Source of the DNA: a virus
Lineage: Duplodnaviria; Heunggongvirae; Uroviricota; Caudoviricetes
Length of the DNA: 64,000 nt
Reading direction: 5' to 3' (one strand)
Virus record (IMG/VR): IMGVR_UViG_3300021138_000004
Both the position numbers and the translations under genes were made by a program. The notes beneath the pieces were generated by a model. It was not told the origin of the DNA, made no database searches, and saw nothing but the letters and a program-made list of their open reading frames with translations. This document shows, piece after piece, positions 29,478-40,161 of the stretch. The first letter of the stretch is position 1. The number at the start of each line of letters is the position of its first letter.

Positions 29478-29871
29478 TATTTTCGCCTGATTTTGCGAGC
29501 TTATGCAGCATCATATATTGATCGTAGGCTTTTTGCACTGTAGGATATTTCTCTCTTATCGCTTTATCTGCGTTTTGCCGTTCAATATAATGATTGAAAA
29601 CATCCATACTACCTGTGTATTTCATACTCTCTTCTACCCGTTCATAGAAGTCTACCAATGCTTCTAATGCACTTTCGGGAATTTGAATAGTATGTAGAAT
29701 TTCAGTTTCGTAGTGAGTTGGCATATTGTTGATATCATCATATCGATAATAAGTGATATGTTTCGGATAGGAAGGTGTCCTGCGGTTAGAATCGACAATG
29801 GTCATTCGCCATCTAGATAAAAATTCTCTGGCTTTATTAAGTGTAGTCATGCTATTCCGGTCTCTTTGCAT
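29464..29871 (-). CDS. Hypothetical protein (~130 aa)
   Basis: Coupled ORF in the minus-strand operon; true start may be MTTLNK. Confidence 0.6.
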   Translation of the reverse strand: MQRDRNSMTTLNKAREFLSRWRMTIVDSNRRTPSYPKHITYYRYDDINNMPTHYETEILHTIQIPESALEALVDFYERVEESMKYTGSMDVFNHYIERQNADKAIREKYPTVQKAYDQYMMLHKLAKSGENNARR

Positions 29872-30551
29872 ATTTCTTTAACTAACGCAACATCTGCTGG
29901 CGTTTCTCTAAAACGCTTTACCCAATGCGGCATGTCTAATGCTGGAGCTATCATATCTAGTTGATCGTCACTAAACTTACTCAACATTTCCTTGCCACTG
30001 CGGCAATTTAACATTACCCAACAACTGATTTTTCCATTTTTGATATCATGTACTGCACGATTTAAATTAACATAGTTAAAATAATGTGTATAATTTGCAG
30101 AGTTAACTTCTCCCCATTCGATCATTGTAGCAATAGTACGCTGTACCGCAGCTTCTACAGGTTCTACTTTAAGCATATCATAAAGATATTTTTCATAAAG
30201 TTCGTCTCTGCACCAATGATCTAACTTTACTCCGCTTTTAATAACATAATCAATAAACTTATCGGGATAAAGAGGATTAACATTATTGACAAAGCTACCA
30301 AACTTGACGAAAGCATTATAATAGCTAGTTTTGCAAAATTCTTCATAACTTTTTTTCTTCTTTGCATTTTGTGTAAGTTGGAAAAATCTATTGAATGCCA
30401 TATAACCAGCCTGGACACGCTTCTCATCTTTTTGAAGAGCACGACGCTTCTGCTCACAGAGGTGACTAAATAAAGTTCGGGGAAGAACAAATTTTTTACC
30501 ACAATGAACACATTGATTTGGCTGCTCCACTAACAACGGGTTATTCATCAT
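29847..30551 (-). CDS. Hypothetical protein with N-terminal Zn-finger-like motif
   Basis: CVHCGKKF...SHLC. Confidence 0.7.
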   Translation of the reverse strand: MMNNPLLVEQPNQCVHCGKKFVLPRTLFSHLCEQKRRALQKDEKRVQAGYMAFNRFFQLTQNAKKKKSYEEFCKTSYYNAFVKFGSFVNNVNPLYPDKFIDYVIKSGVKLDHWCRDELYEKYLYDMLKVEPVEAAVQRTIATMIEWGEVNSANYTHYFNYVNLNRAVHDIKNGKISCWVMLNCRSGKEMLSKFSDDQLDMIAPALDMPHWVKRFRETPADVALVKEICKETGIA

Positions 30552-30553
30552 TT

Positions 30554-31315
30554 ATGTTCCTACTAAACAAATATACTTCATGGTATTATAACATTATTAA
30601 CAGCGCAAAGTCAAGAGACATTGCAGGATATACAGAAAAACATCATATTATTCCTAAATGTTTAGGTGGTTCAAATGATCCTAGCAATTTAGTTCGGCTG
30701 TCTGCTAGGCAGCATTTTGTTTGTCATTTATTACTAACAAAGATGCTAAGTGGATCTGCAAAATATAAAATGGCTTTTGCCTTGAATCGAATGTTGACTT
30801 CTAGTAAAAAACATAATAGATATACTCCTAGTTCTAAAATGTATGAGTTATCGAGAAAATTACGCAGTGAGGCAATATCAAAAGTTCATAAAAATATTCC
30901 AGAATCTGCAGAATCGAATTTAAAAAGATCGATATCTCAAAAAGGAATTCCTAAAGGACCAAAAACAGAAGAGCACAAACAAAAATTAAGTATTGCAAAA
31001 AAAGGAAAACCTTCAAAAAGAAAAGGAATTCCTTCGGGTAAGAAAGGGTTAACTTACGAAGAAATGTATGGGATAGAAACTGCATCTAGACTTAGATTAA
31101 AGCGTTCTGAACAATCTAAAGGCCGAAAAATTTCCGAAGAAACCCGAAGTTTATGGTCTAAACAGCGAAAAGGAAAGACCTGCGGTAGTAAAAATTCTAA
31201 CGCAACTCCGGTTGTTGTAAACGGTATAGATTATGCCTGCAAAAAATATGCACAGGATGCTCTAGGAATCACGCTTTACGAATTAAACAAGTTATTGAAA
31301 ATTAGTTCTTCATAA
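30554..31315 (+). mobile_element. HNH homing endonuclease with NUMOD3-type repeats
   Basis: EKHHIIPKCLGGSNDPSNLVRLSARQHFVCHLLL; TEEHKQKLS and SEETRSLWS. Confidence 0.85.
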
Positions 31316-31363
31316 AACTCTTGCCGCAATGCACACAGTTAAATGGTTGTGCCTCTAAATTGA

Positions 31364-31594
31364 TCACGGTTTAGAATTCTCATAGTTTTTAACCATGCGA
31401 TATAACGGGTCTTGTTCAATAATTAACAACCGTTCGGGGAATCTAATATGAACTTTACTATCATCGAGATAAATTTTTCCATCTTCGATTCTTGTCACAG
31501 TACAGATTGCGAGGTCTGTGCTACTACGACCAACTGATATTGCGCGAGCAACTTTACATCCTAAGTTGAATGCAAATCCTAGTTTATCCTTCAT
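31364..31594 (-). CDS. Hypothetical protein (76 aa)
   Basis: TAATG coupling to the upstream gene. Confidence 0.65.
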   Translation of the reverse strand: MKDKLGFAFNLGCKVARAISVGRSSTDLAICTVTRIEDGKIYLDDSKVHIRFPERLLIIEQDPLYRMVKNYENSKP

Positions 31595-32049
31595 TATTCA
31601 TATTCCTTGCGCTGCTTTTTATCAAAGCCCATTTTGTCAAATAATTCATTTTTATCAGTTTTGGTCATCATACTGGCCATTAACTTGATATCTTCGAGTT
31701 TCATTGCTGGATAAATTTCTGCCAACAGCTTTTCAATCTTAACTGCTTTTTCCTTAGTTCCAGCTTTAAGATACGGATGATATACCTTAATTCCGCCGCC
31801 ACAACTTGCAAAAAGTTTCCACAATAGTGCTTTATGATTCTTGCTTAATATCCAATGATCTTTATTAACTAGCTCATTAGTCATCTCTAGGAACCATTCC
31901 TGCAACTCTTGATCGCCCTCTACATTACTGACATATCGCATTAAAATATAGGGACTGAATGATTTCTTCTCTTCGTCGGTGAGTTTATCATAGAAATTAT
32001 AATTCCTAAGATCGACCCCCGCTAATTCTCGTTTGATATCTAATGCCAT
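31594..32049 (-). CDS. Possible clamp-loader small subunit (gp62-like)
   Basis: Size, FSPYILMRYVS segment and context; weak resemblance only. Own promoter TTGTAA-17-TATAAT. Confidence 0.4.
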   Translation of the reverse strand: MALDIKRELAGVDLRNYNFYDKLTDEEKKSFSPYILMRYVSNVEGDQELQEWFLEMTNELVNKDHWILSKNHKALLWKLFASCGGGIKVYHPYLKAGTKEKAVKIEKLLAEIYPAMKLEDIKLMASMMTKTDKNELFDKMGFDKKQRKEYE

Positions 32050-32072
32050 ATTCAGTTCCTATTATACTAATT

Positions 32073-32267
32073 TTATGTTAGATTTACAATCTGTGATTTG
32101 ACCAAATTGATTTCGTCATTGATTGCAAGACGCTTTTTCTTAAGATGTGTAATATCTGCATCTTCGAAATGCCCGTTTGATTCCATTAAATCAATCTGTC
32201 GATCTAACACGGCATGCTTTTCTTGTAGGTGATTAATATGATGATTGAGTTTTTCTTTAGTAAGCAT
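32073..32267 (-). CDS. DUF465/YdcH-like coiled-coil protein
   Basis: HLQEKHAVLDRQI...LKKKRLAINDEI. Confidence 0.75.
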   Translation of the reverse strand: MLTKEKLNHHINHLQEKHAVLDRQIDLMESNGHFEDADITHLKKKRLAINDEINLVKSQIVNLT

Positions 32268-32282
32268 TAGTTTACCTTTCTT

Positions 32283-32786
32283 TTACCAGCAACGGGTATA
32301 GTGGACCAGCTCACACTGGCGACTAACTTCTTTAACAAAATATGCACAGATTGGATTTTCTCCGCCGTGCAATGGGGCACATAAAAGTTGTCCTGGTTTC
32401 ATTTTAGGAAAATACCATTTAACATCTTGATAGACATTAATGATATCAATGTCATAGAATTCTGGTCTAAATGATCCTAGTGGATTAAATGTAAAAGTCT
32501 TAAATCCGCGATCGTTTAAACTAGTCAGGGGTAATACTTCTAATTCTGGGCCTGCCGGATCGCCTACAATAGTACACCAATCTAGAGGCATGGTGATTTC
32601 GTGTTTGCCTATTCTTAATACTACTGCCGGGCCTGTAAATGATTCTAAAAATATCAGCGGCAAAAAGAAATAATCTGGATTTTGATTATCACTATTGTCG
32701 AGCACTGCGAATCTAAGATCGTCATCTACAATATCTGGTAAATCATTTAGGAAAAATGTTTTGTTTTCTAATGTAAGGATTTGAAT
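32283..32786 (-). CDS. Hypothetical protein, probable ATT start
   Basis: GGAG-7 nt-ATT CAA ATC CTT; no ATG near the 5' end. Confidence 0.65.
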   Translation of the reverse strand: MQILTLENKTFFLNDLPDIVDDDLRFAVLDNSDNQNPDYFFLPLIFLESFTGPAVVLRIGKHEITMPLDWCTIVGDPAGPELEVLPLTSLNDRGFKTFTFNPLGSFRPEFYDIDIINVYQDVKWYFPKMKPGQLLCAPLHGGENPICAYFVKEVSRQCELVHYTRCW

Positions 32787-32844
32787 GTTAATTCTCCATA
32801 AATAATATATAAATTGCAACCATCCATTGTACGGAGATTATTAA

Positions 32845-33029
32845 GTGTTTCTGCAAAATAAATATTCTAGTGTATATAATAGCATAATCGAACGAGCTAA
32901 GTCAAGAACATTATCTCCTGGTACTTATACAGAAAAGCATCATATTATTCCAAAAAGCCTATGAGTCAAGAAACCCGAAAAAAACTATCAGAATCTCGAA
33001 AAGAAAAGTATTCTAAATTATCTAGCTAA
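32845..33029 (+). pseudogene. Internally deleted HNH/NUMOD3 endonuclease remnant
   Basis: VFLQNKYSSVYNSIIERAKSR...TEKHHIIPKSL* aligns with the 30554 N-terminus; an out-of-frame tail SQETRKKLSESRK follows. Confidence 0.85.
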
Positions 33030-33033
33030 GGTA

Positions 33034-34518
33034 CTATATTTTAACTTTCTCGATTGTAAATTGGTATTTTGCTTCTTTATAATACCGTTTTCTTTCTGTT
33101 AGATGCTTCTTAGCATATTTCGTATTCGCAGTAAAATCGTAGATCTCGACATGATCTTTATCATTAGCTTTACGCAGGCCTCGTCCAATACTTTGGATAA
33201 CTCTTACAAACGATTTTCCTGGTTCAACCAACACAAGATTAAAAATTCTAGGAATATTGATTCCTACCGCAGCAACACCGTACGTTGCAATCGTAATTTT
33301 ATTATCAGATGATGCAACTTCTGCGTATGCTTCTTTTCGATCTTTTGATTTAACTGCGCCGGATATAAACTTAACATCTGGATCTTCTTTTAGAATAGAA
33401 AATAGATTACTCAATTCGAGTTGAAGCTTTTTGCCACATTCGATTCGGTCAACTAATACCAATGTATTTCCTGAAGCAGATACTTCCTTAATAAACTTCG
33501 ATAGCCATTCTATTCTTTCCTTGTCTGTAACCAAGTATTTTAATTCTTCAGGATATGAAGAAAACTCTCTAAATTCCTGTGTTTGAATAATGTTTACATG
33601 ACAATTGCTAAGAATTCCTTTTTCTTGTAGCTCATGTGCGTTAACTTGACCTACAACATCTCCTAGGCTGCACTTGATGCTTTCGAATTCTAGCTCATCT
33701 TTGGGAATAGTTCCTGTGAGCCCCCATCTAATCGGAGCATTTCGTAAATTCTGAGTAAGAAGATTTTTTAATACTTCTGCTTTGGCTTGGTGGACTTCGT
33801 CAACAATAACGGTATTGACATTTTCTAGAAACTCAGCAAGAGAAATAATATCATGTTCGTGATTCTTACTCTTCTTGTCTAATATGTTAAGACTCTGCCA
33901 AGTGCATATAGTATGAGTTTTATCTAAATCTTTGCGATCACCGTAGTATACGCCTACATCTAATCCTACATTAACAAAGTCTTCTTCAGTTTGCTCAACT
34001 AGACTTTTGTTTGGAACAATTGTAATTGTTCTTCCGTATTTTTCGCAAATTTTGCTCATTGTGGCAGTTACAATGGTTTTTCCAAAACCTGTAGCAAGTG
34101 CCTGGAGAGATTGTGGATTTTCTAAAAATGTATTGATTGCGCGAACTTGATCTTCACGCAATCTAATAGGCTCGCCTTCGAATCGATGTCCAGTGGGCCA
34201 AGTTTGATCGCCCCAGAACTCTTCTGTAATTTTATCAAACTCTAAGGGTTCGTTAGTTCTTTGGTCTTCGACTTCGATATAGTATCCCCATTGTTCTAAT
34301 AATGGAAGTACTCGATCTAGTGTACTAATATAAGTAGTTCCGCCGAGACCAAAGAAACTAACACACCCGTCCCATCTTCCTAACCGATAAGCTGGCTGAT
34401 ATCTTGCACTCTGTTGAAAATACTTAAACTTCTTTACTAGCTCTTTTCTAGTATCTAAGTCTAGTCCTGTTATTTTAACATTTATTTCGTCTTTTATAAT
34501 AATTCTTGCTGTTGCCAT
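33034..34518 (-). CDS. uvsW: UvsW-like superfamily 2 helicase
   Basis: ATGFGKT, IVDEVH, GLTGT, QSIGRGLR. Confidence 0.88.
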   Translation of the reverse strand: MATARIIIKDEINVKITGLDLDTRKELVKKFKYFQQSARYQPAYRLGRWDGCVSFFGLGGTTYISTLDRVLPLLEQWGYYIEVEDQRTNEPLEFDKITEEFWGDQTWPTGHRFEGEPIRLREDQVRAINTFLENPQSLQALATGFGKTIVTATMSKICEKYGRTITIVPNKSLVEQTEEDFVNVGLDVGVYYGDRKDLDKTHTICTWQSLNILDKKSKNHEHDIISLAEFLENVNTVIVDEVHQAKAEVLKNLLTQNLRNAPIRWGLTGTIPKDELEFESIKCSLGDVVGQVNAHELQEKGILSNCHVNIIQTQEFREFSSYPEELKYLVTDKERIEWLSKFIKEVSASGNTLVLVDRIECGKKLQLELSNLFSILKEDPDVKFISGAVKSKDRKEAYAEVASSDNKITIATYGVAAVGINIPRIFNLVLVEPGKSFVRVIQSIGRGLRKANDKDHVEIYDFTANTKYAKKHLTERKRYYKEAKYQFTIEKVKI

Positions 34519-35705
34519 TTGTTTAATACTACCGGTTGTGTTATGCTATAATACACTAGATTACAGGAATTTTCAACCACTGCGTTCATTGAAAAATGCA
34601 TATACTGGTAATATCCTAGATTAATTATAGTGTTAAATTTAATACCTGCCTTGATTAATGGCTTGGTAATTTTAGTGCTTACAAATACTATTCTTGTATT
34701 GTGATCAGGTGCAGTGTTAAGTTGGTGATCTTTAACATATTGATTAAATGCATTTTGATCATTTGGTAATCTAAACATAACACTAATCGCTGTATTATCG
34801 ATACCCAACCTTTGGGCTAACTTAACCCACTTTTTTGTGAGTTCTAATTCGCTGCCGCCGGGGACAATGATAAGAATTGGTTTGTTATGCATTAACAAAT
34901 TTTCAAATTCGTTGATATCTACGACATCGCTGTTAAACCACGGTCTGTTTTTCTTAGTAGATAGCAATACTGTCTTAGTAACAGCGTTTACTTCTTTATT
35001 AATTTTGTCTTCAACGTCGTCACACCAAGTAGTGATACCATAAGATCTTGCATGGAATAATGCTTCGACTAGGTTATCAGTGTCCGGTTGAGGGATCAAT
35101 GCATGAGCATTGTCGATAGAATATTGTCCATCGCGATGTACTAATAATGGAATATTTTTTTCAATATTCGATCTAATACTATTGCATTCGTTGTAATATT
35201 CTAGAAACTCTTCCGATGATTGAAAATCCCTAGATAGCACAGAATCTCCGATCTTAAGAATGTTGTGCTCAGTTAAACTGAATACCCAAACCTTGTCATT
35301 TTGATCAAACGCACCTCGATGCAATTGATGAACCGACGAATTTAAAGAACGGAAATGTTCTACTAACTCTTTATCAAACGGAAATCTAACAACTATGCTA
35401 GATCCTTCGATACCTGTGTTCGGAGATTTTCTTTTTTCGATAGAAATTTTTCTAATATTATTCAAAGTTCGAAATGGCTTTTGCCAGTTAGCAACTTCTA
35501 GAATTTCAGAAATATCGTGAATTACCGATCGCAGAGAATCTTTATGAGTATTCAATATGCAAAGGATTAAAGATCCTTGCTTTTCAGTAACGCTGTCATT
35601 TAGGTAAAGTTGATCACAAATGCTCTGCATTATTTCCATGTCTCTATAGGAAATAAGGTGACCAAAATTATTCGTTACTAACTTGATTAGATCTTCAATA
35701 TACAT
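34494..35705 (-). CDS. Hypothetical protein (403 aa)
   Basis: Long ORF with TTGATT-17-TATAAT promoter and AGGAAGG RBS. Confidence 0.75.
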   Translation of the reverse strand: MYIEDLIKLVTNNFGHLISYRDMEIMQSICDQLYLNDSVTEKQGSLILCILNTHKDSLRSVIHDISEILEVANWQKPFRTLNNIRKISIEKRKSPNTGIEGSSIVVRFPFDKELVEHFRSLNSSVHQLHRGAFDQNDKVWVFSLTEHNILKIGDSVLSRDFQSSEEFLEYYNECNSIRSNIEKNIPLLVHRDGQYSIDNAHALIPQPDTDNLVEALFHARSYGITTWCDDVEDKINKEVNAVTKTVLLSTKKNRPWFNSDVVDINEFENLLMHNKPILIIVPGGSELELTKKWVKLAQRLGIDNTAISVMFRLPNDQNAFNQYVKDHQLNTAPDHNTRIVFVSTKITKPLIKAGIKFNTIINLGYYQYMHFSMNAVVENSCNLVYYSITQPVVLNKWQQQELL

Positions 35706-35772
35706 GATTGCCTTCCTGCAAACTCGGTGTTGTATCGTGTATTATACAACAGATGTATTAAAAAATCAATTG

Positions 35773-36588
35773 TTAAATGTGAACATAATACCAATTCTTC
35801 CATTTTTCTTTTGTATTCATACATCTTTTACGAATAGAATAATCGGATAATTTATAAAATTCAGCTGCTGACGTTATAGTTTGAAAAATGCCATCGGGTG
35901 TGTGTATCGTTTTAGCATTGTGATGTTTTTCGCCCCTGATTACAGATTCCCTGCGAATTGTTGCACCGTCATTACCAAAAATTTCTTCCCAAGTTTTTCC
36001 TTTTTTTGCTAAAGACATTTTTTGTCTTTGGTTTTCTGGAATATTTCTACCTTTTAATTTAGATCTTATTTTATCAATTCTTGCTTGATCATATTTCTGG
36101 CCTATTTGATGATTATTGCCAGTTTGTTTTCTAGTTTCTGCAGATTTTTTCAATCTTACGTCAGTTTCTTTTGTAAGACCTTTATTCCAACCGGGTACAG
36201 TTTTTGATTTGCCTTTTAGAGCGATTGAAAGATTCTTTTTATGGGATTCAGTAAATATTCGTTTTTTTCCGAGCTGACTCGGAGGCCTAGAATTGATAGT
36301 AATATTAGTTAAAATTCCATTAATATCGAATCCCTCTCTACCATATTCTGCGATAAGAAGCTCTTCTTTTTCATATGCATCTATTTCTGATAAATTTTGA
36401 TAAGCGTATTCTATTAAAGGCAATTTATTTCTTGAAAAAATATCTAAGATTACCGCATCTTTTCTAGGATTATCTGAGTTCTTTTTAATTTTAAAATGAG
36501 AGCAGGCTCGTTGTCCTTTGCCTTTTCCTACATAAAATGGTTCTAAGCTATCTGGGTCTAATAGTTTATATACATAATAGATATTCAT
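35773..36588 (-). mobile_element. GIY-YIG-like homing endonuclease with NUMOD-type domains
   Basis: YYVYKLLDP...PFYVGKG...R; FTESHKKNLS; PGWNKGLTK. Confidence 0.8.
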
Positions 36589-36625
36589 AATAGTGTCCTT
36601 TATCTAATCTATTTATTATACATAA

Positions 36626-37087
36626 CTAAACTGATACATCTTCCATTCCGCTTACCCTAAGACGAATGATATTATTAATTTGATACCCTTTGATATCTAA
36701 GGCTTTAATAATACCTAACCACTGGTTACGTAATAATGCAAATTCGTTGACAATTTTTTCAAGATCGACTACGTCTGCTTCACCGTCGACATACTTTTCA
36801 CAGTCTCTACTGCTCAATGCACGTTGATAGTTTTCTAAATATTTCTTAAATGCTTTGCTGCGTGTTCGACGTAATTCGATGTTGAGGTATTCTAATACCG
36901 CTTCGATTTCTTGAAGTTGATTAAATCGATGTTCTACAATACCAGGCAAACTAGCTGATGCTTTTTCAAGGTTGCCATAAACTTTAGTTTCCTTTTTTGC
37001 ATCAGCTAATTCGTCGTAGTAGTACTCAATGCAATCTGGTAAATGACTTATGTCTTTACTGACTTTTGAGTACCAATTCATTACCAA
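36626..37087 (-). CDS. uvsY: UvsY-like recombination mediator
   Basis: Helical ~150-aa protein next to UvsX; YLENYQRALSSRDCEKYVDGE. Confidence 0.75.
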   Translation of the reverse strand: MVMNWYSKVSKDISHLPDCIEYYYDELADAKKETKVYGNLEKASASLPGIVEHRFNQLQEIEAVLEYLNIELRRTRSKAFKKYLENYQRALSSRDCEKYVDGEADVVDLEKIVNEFALLRNQWLGIIKALDIKGYQINNIIRLRVSGMEDVSV

Positions 37088-37320
37088 TCCTTATCGTTGT
37101 CATCGTCATCTTCGTCGTGATCATTATCATGCTCTTCGAGAACTTCTTCGATCGCATTGTCTAGATGATCATCATTTCCGAGAATCGATTCTAATTCGTC
37201 TAAGTCTGTATCATGATTAACCAAATATGTAACATACCGTGCGGCTGCTGCATCTCGATTTTTTTCTGGGATAAACTCTAAAAAGATATCCCAAATATTC
37301 ATAATATCTTGTTCTTCCAT
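37081..37320 (-). CDS. Small acidic hypothetical protein
   Basis: Coupled ORF between uvsX and uvsY. Confidence 0.7.
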   Translation of the reverse strand: MEEQDIMNIWDIFLEFIPEKNRDAAAARYVTYLVNHDTDLDELESILGNDDHLDNAIEEVLEEHDNDHDEDDDDNDKDW

Positions 37321-38381
37321 TATTCTGTTTCAGCTTTCTCTAAAGTATCGTCAATGGGAGAAACTAGTTTTTCATCCCATTGTTCCATAATTAGCCTGAG
37401 TTTATCCTCACTCCAGTTTTTTCGGAATTCGGCGATAATTTCACCAGTTTCCTTGTCTGTATAAGCTAGCTTATTACCTACTTTAGATAGTACACCCATC
37501 TTCTCGAACATATCAACTAACCCCGAGGTTGGCTTCATGCCTGTAGAATATGGAATCTGTACTTGTACTGATTCAAATGGTTTTGCATAACGAGTTTTCA
37601 TGATCTTGCAAGCTGATCGAATTCCGACAACATCGCTGATCTTATTACCGTTTTCATCTTCTTTTAGTTTAAGCTTCTTCATTGCAACAACAATTGATGA
37701 TGCATAAATGAAGCCTTGACCGCCGGAAATCTTGTCGTCCGGATCAAACATATCTTGCGAAGCATATGTGTGATTAGTAGCAACAAGACCTACGTTATAA
37801 CTACCAAACATGTTTACGCAGTTACGAACAAGTGCAGTAAGTGCTTTAGGCTTTCGACCCATATCGCCCTTCATCTCACCTGCTTCGAACTGATTAACGT
37901 CAGTCGGAGTTAACAACATTCCGAGAGAATCTACTACAAAGAGAACCTTTGGACGAGTTTCGGGTTCCATAGTCTTGTATTCTTTCATGAACTCCGAAAT
38001 AGTCTTTGCAACGTCATCGATCATTGCCATGTTCAACTTAAGAAGTTTATCTTCAGAAGTATCTACATCTAACGCCTGCAACCATGCTTCATCGAGTGCA
38101 TTTTCACTGTCGATTAGAACAACGTAAATGCCTTGTGATTGTGCATGTTTAATGATGTTACCTGAACAGATATATGATTTACCTGCACCAGATTCTCCAG
38201 CAAACACTGTAACCTTACCCATCGGAATTCCCTTAAAGAACGACCCTGAAATTAAATAATTTAATGCAAAATTTCCTGTACTGATCCAATCTGTTGGGTC
38301 ATTAAACCCTATTCCTAGTCCATCAATGGACTTGGTAATGGATTTCCTAAATTTGCTAATGTCGAATGCACGACCAGCCAT
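37320..38381 (-). CDS. uvsX: UvsX/RecA-like recombinase
   Basis: GESGAGKS, VLIDSENA, VVDSLG, SGGQGFIYASS; start MAGRAF at 38381. Confidence 0.92.
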   Translation of the reverse strand: MAGRAFDISKFRKSITKSIDGLGIGFNDPTDWISTGNFALNYLISGSFFKGIPMGKVTVFAGESGAGKSYICSGNIIKHAQSQGIYVVLIDSENALDEAWLQALDVDTSEDKLLKLNMAMIDDVAKTISEFMKEYKTMEPETRPKVLFVVDSLGMLLTPTDVNQFEAGEMKGDMGRKPKALTALVRNCVNMFGSYNVGLVATNHTYASQDMFDPDDKISGGQGFIYASSIVVAMKKLKLKEDENGNKISDVVGIRSACKIMKTRYAKPFESVQVQIPYSTGMKPTSGLVDMFEKMGVLSKVGNKLAYTDKETGEIIAEFRKNWSEDKLRLIMEQWDEKLVSPIDDTLEKAETE

Positions 38382-38383
38382 AA

Positions 38384-39112
38384 TTATTTTTCCTTTTTCT
38401 TTTTTTGTGCGGCTCTGCGAGCTTCGGACCATGGTATTCCTTTTCGAGCCGCGCTAATTTTAGCCAGTTCTTCTGGAGTTTTTTTACGGCCGGTCATTGT
38501 ATTGCGCATTATTTCTGCTTTTGCTTCTGACAAATATTTTTGAGAAGCCCTCATTCTTTCTTTAGTTTCTTCTGAATGAGTTAATCCAATGCGTCCGTTC
38601 GATTTACCTGTTTTGGCCTTACTTATCGCCTCACCTCTTTTTTTACCGATTTCCGGATCTTCTTTCCGGCCACAACGTAATGAGTTTGATAGTTTTAATG
38701 AATTCAAATGTTCTTCTGTTCGAACTAGAGATTTTGCAGAATTGCTCATTTTTTCTTTGGTTTTATTTGAATGAGTTTTTCCACGCATTCCGGTTATTCC
38801 GGCTTTATTATTTTCACTCATTATTTTTCTAGTCAGTGGCCCCGGATTACCTAATCCTTCTCCTCCGTCAGTTCGATTTAATAATATTCCTGTACCTAAA
38901 TCTTTTCGGCCATACCACTGTATCATTCTTCTTTCTATTGCACATGCTCCAACATCTGTTAAGTTCTGTTCGAGGAATACAATATATTTTCTATTTTTTG
39001 GAACTGATATTCTACCGTGAGATTCAAATACTCTATTATTTTTACCTTTACCAATGTAGTAAGGGGTGCCGTTTGATTTCCTAAGATATGCATATACATA
39101 ATAAATTATCAT
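38384..39112 (-). mobile_element. GIY-YIG-like homing endonuclease with NUMOD3 repeats
   Basis: [20 protein letters not shown]; [11 protein letters not shown] and [11 protein letters not shown]; own TATAAATA. Confidence 0.82.
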
Positions 39113-39165
39113 GTGATTATTTATATCAAATGCTTATCTTATTTACCAAACGGCATCTCCCTAAC

Positions 39166-40161
39166 TTAATTTGATTGCTGCCGTTTGCGAATCATCGCCA
39201 AAATATCCTGGGCTCGTGCGCTAGCATCGCTACCAGAAGATGTTTCTACCTTATTATCTGCTTCAAACGGTACATCGTCGTCTGCATCTACAGAAGCAGC
39301 CTGTGATGTAGCACGAGTTTGTGCAGGAGTTGAAGCAGGTGTTGATGTGTTTTCACCGGTCTGCGAACCGCTACCGCCCATGCCTGCTGGCTTAAAGTAC
39401 TGACCCCAACGGTCCATGTCAAATGCTTCCCCGTCTACTGACGCTTCAAACATTTCCTTCATGACCTTGAGTTCAACTTCGCCTGGCTTCTTAGGTAGGA
39501 AGTCCTGCAGATTGAACAGACCGTACTGTTCAATGGCAGCCTTTTCTTCGTCATTAAGAGCGCGTTCACGACGTGCCCAAGTTGAAGTGGAATAGTCTGC
39601 ATATCCGCCCTTAGTGGTCTTAGCGATCTTAAAATCTAAACCACGGACGTAGTCAGTCGGTAGTTCTTCAATTTCGCTGTCCATAAGAGCATTCTTAACA
39701 ATGTTAAAAATCTGCGATCCAATAATGAATCGACGAATTGGGTTCTCTGGAACCTTGTCTTCCTTAAGATCAGAATTAACAACAAGACCCTGGAAGAGAT
39801 ATGAACGCTTCTTCCAATACTTACGCCCTAGGTCTTCAAGACTCTTATCCTTAAACCAAGGACGAACCTCTGTAAGAATTGGGCAAGTTTCGCCCCACAT
39901 TTCCATGCAAGGAACTTGTACAGTAACTGGTTTGGAATTTGCTTCACCCTTAACACCTGCAAACGGCAACTTGATCATTGCACGTTCTACCCAGAAAAAT
40001 GTGTTGTTTGGATCTGCGTCTGGAAGAAAACGCACCATTGAAGTAGTACCTTCAGCTGCGTTCCAGTGTGGGAAGATTGCGTTGTCGCCGCCGCCCGATT
40101 TGTTGTTATTTTGGTTGCTAGAAGCCTGAAGCTTCGCGCGGATTTCTGCTAATGAGGCCAT
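39166..40161 (-). CDS. Single-stranded DNA-binding protein, gp32-like
   Basis: VRFLPD...FFWVER...PCMEMWGETCPI; GYADYSTSTW; acidic tail. Confidence 0.88.
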   Translation of the reverse strand: MASLAEIRAKLQASSNQNNNKSGGGDNAIFPHWNAAEGTTSMVRFLPDADPNNTFFWVERAMIKLPFAGVKGEANSKPVTVQVPCMEMWGETCPILTEVRPWFKDKSLEDLGRKYWKKRSYLFQGLVVNSDLKEDKVPENPIRRFIIGSQIFNIVKNALMDSEIEELPTDYVRGLDFKIAKTTKGGYADYSTSTWARRERALNDEEKAAIEQYGLFNLQDFLPKKPGEVELKVMKEMFEASVDGEAFDMDRWGQYFKPAGMGGSGSQTGENTSTPASTPAQTRATSQAASVDADDDVPFEADNKVETSSGSDASARAQDILAMIRKRQQSN

